Made by a program: the position numbers and the translations under genes. The notes under the pieces are model-generated. The model worked only from the letters and a program-made list of their open reading frames with translations, was not told the origin of the DNA and made no database searches. Positions 12,801 to 23,266 of a stretch of DNA of 64,000 nt are shown one piece after another (within the stretch, counting starts at the first letter, position 1; each line of letters begins with the position of its first letter). The DNA comes from Tubiluchus corallicola (Eukaryota; Animalia; Priapulida), in the NCBI GenBank assembly GCA_030141605.1, contig JAQGDQ010000475.1, positions 62,001-126,000 of the forward strand, read 5' to 3'.

Positions 12801-15800
12801 AGCTCAATTGTGGTTGGCATCCTTCTGTCTCGGAAGACAATGGAGTGTGCGCCAAGAGAGTCAGTTATTGATCACATTGATGGAGCTGCAGCGTCGACTG
12901 TGGCTGAGCAGTGCGATCCTTGAACGTCTCCAGGGCGCACGCCTGGGCAAGGTGTATGGAGATCCTGAGTTGCCCAGACAACAGGAACCCCCTCTCCTTC
13001 CTCCCTGGTGTAGTCCAAAGGAAAGCGGAGCGATACGTTTGGCACCAGGTTGGCTGCAGGAGCTGCCAGAGTCAGTGAGCATGCTGCACTGGTCCGCCTT
13101 CGGGGCTCCACTCCTGATTTGGAAGGTTTACTCCTCTACACATGACCGTTGGGTCACTTGACCTCCTCCGCCCTCTGGCCGTTGGCTGCTTGTGCAGCTC
13201 CTCCCGCAAGCCTACAGCACCTGGTATTCCTGGGTGGTCACTCATCTAAGCACTAACCAGGCTCTACCTTGCTTAACTTCGGTGATCAGACGAGAACCGG
13301 TGTTTTCAACCTGATTTGGCCGTAGTAATCAAGCTCAATAATCAATAATAATCAATATTTAAGTTAGAGAGAGTTAGGGTGCAACTTTATATTTTCCTCT
13401 AAGTCGCATTCCACCTCTTGTACACCTTGAGCACTAGCAAAGGCCCCGCAAAAAATTTTGCTTATAAATCCACTTGTTATCAACAATGCGCGAACATCCT
13501 ACCTAGTGTTGTTTATAATGCAAGGCCATTAGCCACGTTTACTGAATTAAAGTTATAAGGTTATAAGTAGAGTATAATGGATGACGTTAGAACAATGGCT
13601 TTGCGTCAGCAGTTTTCTAATCGAAAATTGCCGAAAATAGAACATGAAATTAACTCGTCGATACTCCTTTTGGTGGACATGTCCAAAATATAACCCACAC
13701 CATCGTGTAGCCCTGTTCTTCCTCTTTCTAAAGAGCTATCTTATATATATATATATATGTACACCAGCGAAATTAATATATACGATTCCACCCACTTCTA
13801 TCTGCAGCTAACAGCATAAGTTCTTCAACTCCTAAAGATAGATTTGGTTGAAGTTGTTGAACATCCTTATTTATCTTAGCTGTTCAAGTTGTTTTAGGTT
13901 TACCAGGTGGCTTTTTGCAAGGTTTTGAGCTTTATAATACAGTCAAATTAGCGTAAAGGACAAGAAAAGGGGTACCTAAAGCAAGTTTCAGAAAAATCTC
14001 CTTAATTAATTATGCTGCTTTATAGCAGTTTTATGCGTTTATCGTCTATTATGAGAGGCGCCAGATTTTAAGAACCCTGTGATAAAAACCTTATTCTCTT
14101 GTCAAAGTGTGTATCCTTTCAGATACATCTGAAGATGTATTTTACAACACACCACAAGCAGTTATGTTACTTGCTTCTATATAAATGCTAAAATATAGCA
14201 AACAACTACAATTGTTTCTTAATAGGGCATAGTAATGCATTAAAGGACAAGAAAAGGGTACCTGTGAAAAGTTTCAGAAAAATCGCCTTAAAAATTATAT
14301 TACTTTACAGCAATTTTAAGCATATATCGTACTCGCGTTGAAAGGAATTTTTGTTTGTTTTCATTTTAAATTTCCCGCAATGCTATTCCGATGCCGCCAT
14401 TACATGACGTCACTGCGCCACGTACATCAGGGGAAGAAAAGGAAATGCTAAACTATGTTCCAAAAAAACTTTTATTCCAAAGTTATATTACCGTATATTG
14501 TCGTTTACATAGAGGCTGAAGCTGATTGAGTTGCTACTACATCAGCTGACTCACACTGTTAATCAGCTAGTTAGACTGAAGCTGAGTCAGTTGCTACTAT
14601 GTAAGCTGACTCACACAGTAGATCAGCTAGCTTGGCTGAAATTGAGTGAGTTGCTACTACATCGGCTGACTCACACAGTAGATCATCTAGCTTGGCTGAA
14701 GCTGAGTCAATTGCTACTATATCAGCTGACTCACACAGTAAATCAGCTAGTTCAGCTGAAGCCTGAGTCGATTGCTACTACATCAGCTGACTCACACAGT
14801 AGATCAGCTAGCTCGGCTGAAGCTGAGTCAGTTGCTACTACATTAGTTGACTCACACAGTAAATCAGCTAGTTCAGCTGAAGCCTGAATCGATTGCTACT
14901 ACATCAGCTGACTCACACAGTAGATCAGCTAGCTCGGCTGAAGCTGAGTCAGTTGCTACTACATTAGTTGACTCACACAGTAAATCAGCTAGCTCAGCTG
15001 AAACTGAGTCAGTTGCTACTACATCAGCTGACTCACACTGTAAATCAGCTAGCCCGGCTGAAGCTGAGTCAATTGCTAGTATATCAGCTGACTCACACAG
15101 TAAAGCAGCTAGCTACACTGAAGCTGAGTCAGTTGCCACTATATTAGCTGACTCACACAGTAAATCAGCTAGCTCGGCTGAAGCTGAGTTAGTTGCTACT
15201 ACATCAGCTGACTCACACAGTAAATCAGCTAGCTAGACTGAAGCTGAGTCAGTTGCTACTACATCAGCTGACTCACACTTGCTAGCTGTAACTTCATAAC
15301 TGCAGCTGCAAACCGAAACGAGTGGAAAACTGTATCGCCTTCTGGCCACCATTGCCTGTGTTTTTTTGCATTTTAAATGCTCTAAGTAAAATTCTTGGTT
15401 CCGTGAAATTGTACTTTCTTCGTATCAACACCAAACTTTTTAAATATTACAGAATGCCCGGGGCACCTGGTGTACCACCTACAACAACTGGGCCAACAAC
15501 TGCTCCATCTAGCACGGCACCGTCTGCGACTTCTGCGACGCCGGGTTCCGGGACTGCGACGCCTAGTGGTCAGGATGCCCAGCTCGCTCAGCTGATGACA
15601 CAGATGTTGCAGACGATGAGTCAGCAGCAGGTGAGTTTTGCGCATGTTAGCACTTCAGGTTAGATGTTACAGGTGACACATGAGATGTTACATGTTACAG
15701 GTTACACATTGCATGTTACGGGTTACGTATTGCATGTTATAGGTTATGTAGTAGATGTTACATGTTACAGGTTACATATTGCATGTTACGGGTTACTGAT

Positions 15801-18511
15801 TGCATGTTATAGGTTACATAGTAGATGTTACATGTTATAGGTTACACATTGCATTTTTGCAGGTTACAGATTGCATGTTATAAGTTAAATATTACATGTT
15901 ACAGGTTACATAATAGATGTTAAATGTTACAGGTTACACATTAGATGTTACATGTTACAGGTTACATAATAGATGTTACATGTTACAGGTTACGTATTAG
16001 ATGTTACAGGTTACACATAGCATTGTTGCAGGTTATGGATTGCATATTATAGGTTACATATTAGATGTTACATGTTACAGGTTACAGATTGCAGATTAGA
16101 TGTTACAGGGTGCAGGTTAGATATTACAGAGTACAGATTAGATGTTACATGTCACTGATTGCATGTTATAGATTGCATATTAGATGTTACAGGTTACAGA
16201 TTAGATGTTACATGTTACTGATTGCATGTTATAGGTTACATATTAGATGTTACGGGTTACAGATCAGATGTTACATGTTACAGGTTACAGATTGCAACAT
16301 ATAGCGATTCAAAGTCGGTCTTTTTAAAAAAATGGAAGGAAATAAGAGATATTTGTATGATTAATTGATTAATTTGCAGTTGGGCCATGAAGTCGAACGC
16401 TCGTGAGTTGCACAGGTCGGACGTAAGTCGACGAGTGCTTGCACGCAGTTGAAATATGAATCCCTTTTCCTGGATTCACCTCGTTTGACCTCCACCTACA
16501 CTTTAGTCTATTGAGTGAACTTGAGTCACTGTTGTACTCTGGACTATAAGTGTTACGCATCTTGACATTGGCTATACGCGTGCTTACTGGTTGTTTCTTG
16601 TTTAAAAATCAATTTTTTTAATTTGTTTTTTTCGTCTGCATTACAGGCGCCTAACCCGGAAGAGAGGTTTCGCACGCAGTTGGAGCAACTTGCGGCCATG
16701 GGTTTCGGAAATCGAGAAGCTAACTTACAAGGTAAGGTGTTTTTATTGTTTGTTATTATTTATTATTTTTTATTTATTGATATGCCTGCCTTTAAAGGGA
16801 AGCCAGGATGGTTTCTCATATACTACCCCCTTCTTAAGTGTGATAAAAAGTACAGTGTTCCTCGCTACTACTTTGCGGTTCGTCTATCGCGGACTCGCTG
16901 TTTCGCGGGTTTTCAAAAATATTAATGTAAAATATTTATCGCGGTATTTTCGCTGTTTCGCGGGTTTTTGCGGTACTTCGTCTAAAGTATTTTTGCACAT
17001 GCATAGTACGTATTGTACAGTAATGTATAGATTTGATGAATTTTGCATAAAAAATAACAAAATGTATAACAATATATCAAAGATATTAATTCTAACATTA
17101 AAAGAATATTATAAATTACCATTTACAGTAAATAGTGCATTTATACGGCGCATGAATACACCAAAAACGAAATGTAGTACTTGCGCCCGCTTGAAATGCT
17201 ACTTGCCGACGTGAGATTGTACACAACACACGATTGGTTGATTGATGGAAAGTTTTTAAAAGGTACATGTACAGTATGGGAGAAGTTATTAAGGGACTGG
17301 GAAAGGGTTATGTATAAGAGTGTGGGAAGGGTTTATAAAGACTTAAACTAATGTATAACTACTAAAATAAGTATAGCGTCCCTACTCTGCGGAAATTCAC
17401 TTATCGCGGGTGGGCCTGGACGGAACACTGTATACATTTTGACATGATTAATATTGCAAAAGCGTTTCTGATAATTAAGTGATTGATTAAAGAAATCTTA
17501 CATACGCATCACATCAACCTAAATCTATGACATGTTACTGTCATTACTGGTATTAAAGGAAGACCAATTGATTTTTCTTATACTACCCCATTTTCACATC
17601 CAATAAAAAGTATGCATTTTAACACGATTAAAACTGCAAAAGCATTTCAGATAATTAAATAATAGATTAAGAGCTTAATTAATGGCGGGCGAACCCAACT
17701 ATTGATGACATCACAAACTAACATAATTTTTAACATCAAAAATATTATACGAGCATCTGTTTACGTAAGCGAAAATTGAAGTACAGCGCTACTGTAAGAG
17801 ATTCGGTGTGTTGTACTAAAACATAAGCAAGTTTTAAGATAAAAATTTAAATTTCAAATTTACCGCTGTTCTCACACACACACGCCTACTGGTTATTGGT
17901 ATTTATGTGTTTTGATGCTCAGAAGTGGTGCTGACACTAGCATGCTTCTGCTGTGCTTATCTACCTTGAGGGCAACTGCCTTTTTTTAGAATTCTGTCTC
18001 GATCGGCTTTCCATAGTACTCACAGTGGACATACTAATGACGACGACGACGATCATATTTTTCTAGCACTATTTAGACTAAGAGTACTGTTATTGCCCTT
18101 TCCTAGGGCCATTTAGACTAAGATTTCTGCTATTACCTATCTGTTATTGCCTTGTCCTACAACCATTTAGACTAAGATTTCTGCTATTACCTGTCTGTTA
18201 TTGCCTTGCCCTAGGACCCCTTAGGCTAAGATTTCTGCTATTACCCATCTGTTATCTCCTTGTCCTATATGGCCATTTAGACTAAGATTTCACTATTACC
18301 CATCTGTTATTGCTTGTCCTAGGACCATTTACGCTAAGATTTCTGCTATTACCTATCAGCTGTTAGTACTGTGTGATGCTAGTAATGTTTGCCAATAATT
18401 CTTTCTCGTTTGTCCACAGCTCTCATTGCCACATACGGAGATGTGAATGCAGCGGTAGAAAGACTAGTGAACAGTAACGGGGGAAGCAGCGGATCAGCAC
18501 CTTCGTCGTAA
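1954..18511 (+). CDS. UBQLN1: Ubiquilin (UBQLN1/4-like), 5'-partial; 12 exons in window encoding the STI1 repeats and C-terminal UBA domain
   Basis: Exons 1954-2089, 5046-5083, 6011-6136, 7050-7178, 7658-7787, 8499-8645, 9800-9954, 11437-11520, 12579-12694, 15453-15630, 16647-16731 and 18420-18511 join in phase at GT-AG junctions (471 aa). Motifs: [96 protein letters not shown]. Confidence 0.96.
2395..5010. repeat. 62-bp tandem array (~42 copies) with a 124-bp higher-order segment
   Basis: Unit GCACGTACGTTTTTTGTATACAAATCGACAATTGATGTAAAAGGCAACATAATTTACTGACA; ORF track offsets of 62. Confidence 0.95.
5046..5083 (+). CDS. UBQLN1: ubiquilin 38-nt micro-exon
   Basis: tttttatacag|GT AAC...GAG|gtaagt; [13 protein letters not shown], restores phase. 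Confidence 0.9.
5292..5925. repeat. 40-bp tandem array (~16 copies)
   Basis: GTCACAGATTTGAAACGAAGTCTGCTAAGTCTAAGATTAA. Confidence 0.95.
6011..6136 (+). CDS. UBQLN1: ubiquilin exon (STI1)
   Basis: [42 protein letters not shown], ag/gt bounded. Confidence 0.95.
6217..6912 (-). mobile_element. Helitron-like non-autonomous family B
   Basis: ACTAGCAAAGGCCCCGCAAAAAATTTT...ACCAGCGAAATTAATATATA, shared with other copies; internal (TA)n. Confidence 0.7.
7050..7178 (+). CDS. UBQLN1: ubiquilin exon (STI1)
   Basis: [43 protein letters not shown]. Confidence 0.95.
7658..7787 (+). CDS. UBQLN1: ubiquilin exon
   Basis: [36 protein letters not shown]. Confidence 0.95.
8499..8645 (+). CDS. UBQLN1: ubiquilin exon
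   Basis: [15 protein letters not shown] followed by T/S-rich linker. Confidence 0.93.
8712..9750. repeat. 19-bp tandem array (~54 copies)
   Basis: GTGTTAGTGGTAATGTCTA. Confidence 0.95.
9800..9954 (+). CDS. UBQLN1: ubiquilin exon (STI1)
   Basis: [47 protein letters not shown]. Confidence 0.95.
10359..11416. repeat. 55-bp tandem array (~19 copies)
   Basis: GAGACACCCTGTAGAAGAAACGCTTACTTGTTATTTCTACTGCACTATTTCTTTT. Confidence 0.95.
11437..11520 (+). CDS. UBQLN1: ubiquilin exon
   Basis: [28 protein letters not shown]. Confidence 0.93.
11879..12570 (-). mobile_element. Tigger/pogo-like MITE family D, truncated, with internal ~60-bp tandem expansion (11930-12410)
   Basis: TA|CAGTGTTCCCTC terminus; reverse complement of 16853-17430 and 40573-41025. 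Confidence 0.75.
12579..12694 (+). CDS. UBQLN1: ubiquilin exon
   Basis: [39 protein letters not shown]. Confidence 0.94.
12809..13326 (-). mobile_element. 5S rRNA-headed SINE (SINE3-type), ~518 bp, with RTE-like body and tail
   Basis: Minus strand begins with a full 5S-like sequence and continues without a T-run terminator into a ~400-bp GC-rich body ending CCATTGTCTTCCGAGACAGAAGGATGCCAACC. Flanked by a 13-bp TSD, AATCGAGCTCAAT (12796-12808) / AATCAAGCTCAAT (13327-13339). Confidence 0.85.
13208..13326 (-). pseudogene. 5S rRNA-derived sequence (SINE head)
   Basis: Reverse complement CTACGGCCAAATCAGGTTGAAAACACCGGTTCTCGTCTGATCACCGAAGTTAAGCAAGGTAGAGCCTGGTTAGTGCTTAGATGAGTGACCACCCAGGAATACCAGGTGCTGTAGGCTT is colinear with metazoan 5S rRNA, with several substitutions. 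Confidence 0.9.
13432..13786 (-). mobile_element. family B, internally deleted copy
   Basis: Same two termini; minus strand reads A|TCGTATATATT...GCTAG|T. Confidence 0.7.
14515..15278. repeat. 60-bp tandem array (~13 copies), palindromic unit
   Basis: GCTGAAGCTGAGTCAGTTGCTACTACATCAGCTGACTCACACAGTAAATCAGCTAGCTCG. Confidence 0.95.
15453..15630 (+). CDS. UBQLN1: ubiquilin exon (P/T/S linker)
   Basis: [12 protein letters not shown]...[17 protein letters not shown]; phase 2 to 0. Confidence 0.9.
15655..16295. repeat. Degenerate GTTACA-based minisatellite
   Basis: ATGTTACAGGTTACA variants. Confidence 0.9.
16647..16731 (+). CDS. UBQLN1: ubiquilin exon (UBA, first part)
   Basis: [28 protein letters not shown]. 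Confidence 0.95.
16853..17430 (+). mobile_element. Tigger/pogo-like MITE family D, nested in a TTAA element
   Basis: TA|CAGTGTTCC...GGAACACTG|TA; interrupts the element starting at 16796, whose uninterrupted sister starts at 17557. Confidence 0.85.
17557..17880 (+). mobile_element. TTAA-flanked (Kolobok-like) element family I
   Basis: TTAA|AGGAAGACC start; homologous to 16796-17520 and, inverted, to 38470-38781. Confidence 0.6.
18070..18360. repeat. Degenerate ~55-60-bp tandem (~5 copies)
   Basis: CCATTTAGACTAAGATTTCTGCTATTACC repeated. Confidence 0.85.
18420..18511 (+). CDS. UBQLN1: ubiquilin last coding exon (UBA, second part)
   Basis: [33 protein letters not shown] 18509-18511. Confidence 0.94.
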
Positions 18512-18928
18512 TTCGCGCCGGAAAAGAAATATTCTTATGACTGGATGATTTTTAGTGATTTTGTTGTATAATATTTTATCAAACTTGACATTAAGTGTTC
18601 ACTGTGTGAACTTATCCGACTCCGGTCATCGCTCACTTTACGATCGATAATTTTTCAAAGTAATGTAAAAATTTCTCGGTAGGTGGCGCTGGCATAAAAC
18701 AGGTTTCAAACTCGAGTTCCTTTCTGTGCCAGCGCAGGTTGTTGCTTTTGGCTGTGAAGCATTGTTAGTACCCAAGTTTTCTCTGGACAAATATGGACAT
18801 GTACTGTGGCCATGGCCTGAATGTACGGTGGCTCGCTAGGGACATAGCAAAAACGAAAAAACAAATTTACTGACTCGATATTTCGAGCTAGTATCTGGAA
18901 ATTTCGATTTTGTATCTTAAATTTCAAA

Positions 18929-19441
18929 CAGGGATGAGAATGACAAATTGCAAAAAACTCTGAAACGGGCCAGGGGTTTTGGGGCTGCCTAAGCCCCCAG
19001 TGGGGTTGAGAGGCAAAGCCCCCTTGGAGCCAGCAACAAATTGCGATTTTGCGACCATAGAGAACCTCTAAGTGGACTTCAAATATCAATTACCTTGTTT
19101 CATGCATAATTTAAAATACCCAACTATCAAGGATACATGATACCTAATTGTCTCAAAAACGTCTAAGTACTGGCCGCTCCTATGCAAAAGTATATAAAAA
19201 CTGTCTGCAATTGAATCAAATAACCCCGCACAATTGATTCTATTTTTATACATAGAGATACACACGTGGCTACACTGATGTATGTGATGTAAACAAAGTA
19301 ACGGCCCGCCATCTAGCGGTCAGCTAGTTGTACTGGGTCCGTATAAATTTTCTTAAAGAATTTATGAGATTTACAAAAATGGCACCAGTGGTCTTCCAAA
19401 AACTCGGAATTCCGCGTATCCGCAAAAAATTCTCATCCCTA
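18929..19441 (-). mobile_element. MITE family A
   Basis: TIRs; flanks ATTTCAAA/ATTTCAAG (8-bp TSD, 1 mismatch). Confidence 0.85.
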
Positions 19442-19751
19442 ATTTCAAGGTAGTAAGTCAAAAAGTCCAGATTCTAAGTTGAAACTTCGAGTTAATGGAT
19501 TTATTTTTTCAGTTTTACCACGTCCCTAACAACCAATCGTAGTTTTTTCAAATGTTTCACTGTTTTAATTATTCTAGTTTTTCACAAACGTCACAACACA
19601 TTGAAAATTCAAAATGCAGTCGCTTTGCCAAACTGATAATGACAAAAATAAAAATATTATCAAATTAACCCGCAGTTTCTAATGTATAGTTTTTAATGCC
19701 TTCTCAGGACTATTAATAATGATTTTTGAAGCTTGATTTCTAGTGTTACCA

Positions 19752-20282
19752 TAGGGTTACCATATTGTCTGAGTTGAAAAAGAGGACACGGGTACTTGGC
19801 CTTCATTTCATCTGTAAATGCACACTGTCGTTTTGGCATTGCCACTTTCTAATTAACTTTTACCAGTTGCTCAAAACTGCAAAACAGTGAAACTAGACAA
19901 ATTTAAAGAAATTCACATAAAGACAAACAAAATGGCTTCCGAAACCTGACATCATTTTAAGTTGTTAGCGAATACGCCGAGTATTGACAGCGGTGTGAGT
20001 CGTGTGACCCATAGTGATGTGCGCATCGCTTACTTTTGTTCAGTAAATATGTACACAAAGCTTTTACAAGGGTTGCATTTTGAGATGTTAGCAACATCTT
20101 ATATTGAAAATTAAAGAGCATTTCTTTGTCTCGTCCTGTCGTAAGCCTCTGCAGTTGGCAACGTCCGTACATACTTACGAATTGAGGCAAAACACGGACA
20201 AACTGCCAATTTTTTGAAAACTCACCCGGACGGAGGCCTAAACAGGGGACGTGTCTAGAAACCCAGACGTATGGTAACCCTA
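19752..20282 (+). mobile_element. hAT-like MITE family C (TIR TAGGGTTACCAT)
   Basis: 12-bp TIR; near-identical copy at 30085-30612. Confidence 0.85.
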
Positions 20283-20406
20283 AGCAAAACTAAAATAAAG
20301 ATCGTTAGTAACATTTCAAACTAAAGATTGTTAGTAAGTACTGTAATTATACTGTGCACAGATTTCTGTGTGAAATTTGACGGTTTTAGATGCAGTTAGT
20401 TCAATA

Positions 20407-20888
20407 CAGTCGACCTCGGATATAAGGGACACCTCCGGACTGGAAAAAATCATTCCTTATATCTGATGTCCCTTAGAGCCTAAGTTGAGTCAGACTGAGG
20501 GTGTATCTAAACCTGTATTTTTCTGTACTTTTACCCATATTTTTATGGAGTATTGCTACACATTCAATGTAAACGGTATGTAGGAAGCTCCTTCAGTGAT
20601 GAGAGGTGTATGTGACCGCGGAAACCGAGCTGTTCGAAGGTCGAGTTTGCAAAAAATTGAGGTTAAAAATCGATCAATTTCGCTTTGATCATAATGTCCA
20701 TTATATGCGAGGTAATTTACCTGGGTTTCTATTACACGGAACCTGAAGGTATCGTCCCTTATTACCGAAAGTCCCTTATATCCGAATACCTTATACATGA
20801 AGATTTTTACATAGGAAAAACATTACAAAAATTGGGTCCGCTGTTTGTGGTCCCTTATAAACGAGACCCTTATACCCAAGGTTGACTG
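20407..20888. mobile_element. Tc1/mariner-pogo type MITE
   Basis: TA|CAGTCGACCTCGGATATAAGGG...CCCTTATACCCAAGGTTGACTG|TA. Confidence 0.85.
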
Positions 20889-21343
20889 TAGTTGATTGTC
20901 TTTTGATAAATGGAATAGGGTTCTGCTAACGTATTTACATCGTGTAGAAAGAAAGCAGAGAATTTCTGGTGCACGAATCACCAACTTGGCAAAGACGAGT
21001 CAACTAAGTAAAAATGAATACAGTTTGAGAAAGAGCTTAGCAGCAATATAGTGTCATGCTTCTTGGTCGGTGTCACACATTATTTAAAGCACGAGACGAC
21101 ACTTCGTAAATAAAGCTTCAATAATTCGTCGTGAAATTTTGTATCACATACGCGATGCCTTATTGCATATAGAGCTTGTACTTGCAGTAACGCTGTACAA
21201 AACTTGCAGTGAATTAAACTCTTTTATGTACTTAATGGTGAACAACTTTATGATGGATTTCAGTCTCTTGTTTTTCATATTCTTAGCTAGATGGCGCAGT
21301 TCACAGTGTTTCGTACTTCCGTGTTTATTCGACTACTGCTTAA

Positions 21344-21869
21344 GGGAAGACCGGATGATTGTTTAGACTCAATCTCATTTTAACTTACTGGCCAAAATAT
21401 ACATTTTCTTGCATTTAAAAGTTAGCAAATGTTTCTTTTATTTGAATAATTAGCTTAGAAAGTTAATTAACGGCAACCAAACACAGCTACTGCTTACGTC
21501 AGAAACTAACCACAGTTTGTGCAATGGCAGGCATCTTCCCTTGCTCGTCAAGCGCATTTGCGTGTTACTGTTTAAACAAAAGTGGGCTTTATGTCATATG
21601 CTGTCAGAAACTAACAGTGCAGTTCATGATCATGTTTATCATGGTACCGCGTGCTATTTGTCGGCCACGCGAATGTGACAAAAAGGCACCATTGCCAATC
21701 TTGGTAGATTCACTGAGCCGGGTGTAGCGTGAAAGTTTAACGAAATTTGAGTATCCGAGGTAATTATTTTTTAATCTAAGCTTTGATTTAAAAAAAGCTA
21801 TTGTACTTTTCAATATTTTATAACATTCTTTATTCTGAACTAATGTTTACACAACCATCCGGTTTTTCT
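21344..21869 (+). mobile_element. TTAA-flanked (Kolobok-like) MITE family J
   Basis: TTAA|GGGAAGACCGGATG...CATCCGGTTTTTCT|TTAA; inverted copy at 39850-40386, fragment near 60040. Confidence 0.8.
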
Positions 21870-22802
21870 TTAATGATGAATTTTATGATATATTTTCAGT
21901 CTCTTGTTTTTCATATTCTTAGGTAGGTGGCGCAGTTTACGTTGTGTCATACGTCCGTGTTTATTTGACTACTGCTTAAAAATGGATGTAGCAAAGGGGG
22001 ATAATAATCGGTAATTTGGGGTTTTAATTGCTTTCTGTTTAGACTGGTCCGCCGTGTTTTGTCCCGTGACGTGCAAATTAAATGTGTTAAGTTTGTGTCA
22101 ATCTATCTAAAAGTGGGTGGTTAAGATGAAGTGATGGAAATTCCTGTTAAGTAGGTCAAACTGACATACTGTTAATAGACGAATTTAAAGTCTTAACCCA
22201 CCTTTCCGTACACGCATTGACTGATGTAATGTTTGTTTCTGAAATAAAAGATTATTAAACCAGCAATTGTGTATTTTCGGTTGCTTTGTTGTGACGGCTG
22301 CTTTATTTATATGTATTCCTTTTAGTAAATATTGCGAATGTCTAATGACGTCACTTCTAAATACTAATGCCTGTTCACTAAATCTAGACTGCTTTATTTA
22401 TATGTATCGCTTTTAGTAAATATTGCCAATGTCTAATGACGTCACTTCTAAATACTGAAATACCTACTCCCTCCATTTATACTGCTAATGCATGTTCACT
22501 AAAGCTAAGCTAACCACATGATGGCACAGTTTTCAACTAACCAAAAAATATGAATATTCTTACAGAATTGAGCTAACAATAATCTATTTTAAACAAGAAC
22601 AGCAACTCCTTGTTGCAACAGGCAGATTATATAAATAACAATGACCATGACACTTTTGATTAAAAAAGTTTTCTGCAAATCAAAAACGTGTCGAGCGAGC
22701 GAGCGCACGTCACTTACACAACGCATAGCACAACCTCACCTAGAGTCGTCAAGAGGGACCTGACCAAGATCTGTGTTTCGGAACTATCCATTGAGTCGGT
22801 AG

Positions 22803-23165
22803 TAATTTACTGTCCAAGGAGTAACGGGCCCAACACTGACCCTTGCTGAACACCAACAACATTCTCAAACGAATGTGACAAAACAGTCCAGATAATTTAC
22901 TGTCCAAGGAGTAACGGGCCCAACACTCACCCTTGCTGAACACCAACAACATTCTCAAACGAATGTGACAAAACAGTCCAGATAATTTACTGTCCAAGGA
23001 GTAACGGGCCCAACACTCACCCTTACTGAACACCAACAACATTCTCAAACGAATGTGACAAAACAGTCCAGATAATTTACTGTCCAAGCAATCACGGGCC
23101 CAGCACTCACCCTTGCTGAGCACCAACAACATTCTCAAACGAATGTGACAAAACAGTCCAGATAA
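22803..23165. repeat. 90-bp tandem x4
   Basis: Units at 22803, 22893, 22983, 23073. Confidence 0.95.
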
Positions 23166-23235
23166 CGCCATTCTGATGTCTTGCAACAATTTATTATACA
23201 TACGTAGAATACATACAGAAGGTACTTTCTACTAA

Positions 23236-23266
<31 letters not shown>

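Noticed and set aside
13208-13326. Functional 5S rRNA gene
   Set aside because: Solitary, substituted, lacks an oligo-T terminator, is fused to a longer body and is enclosed by a TSD.
14847-15236. 129-aa S/A/T/E-rich ORF as an alternative ubiquilin exon
   Set aside because: It arises from the 60-bp repeat, has frameshifting 1-bp insertions and stops, lacks convincing splice sites, and the flanking exons join in phase without it.
22749-23201. 150-aa minus-strand ORF
   Set aside because: Translation of a 90-bp x4 repeat with no recognisable domain.
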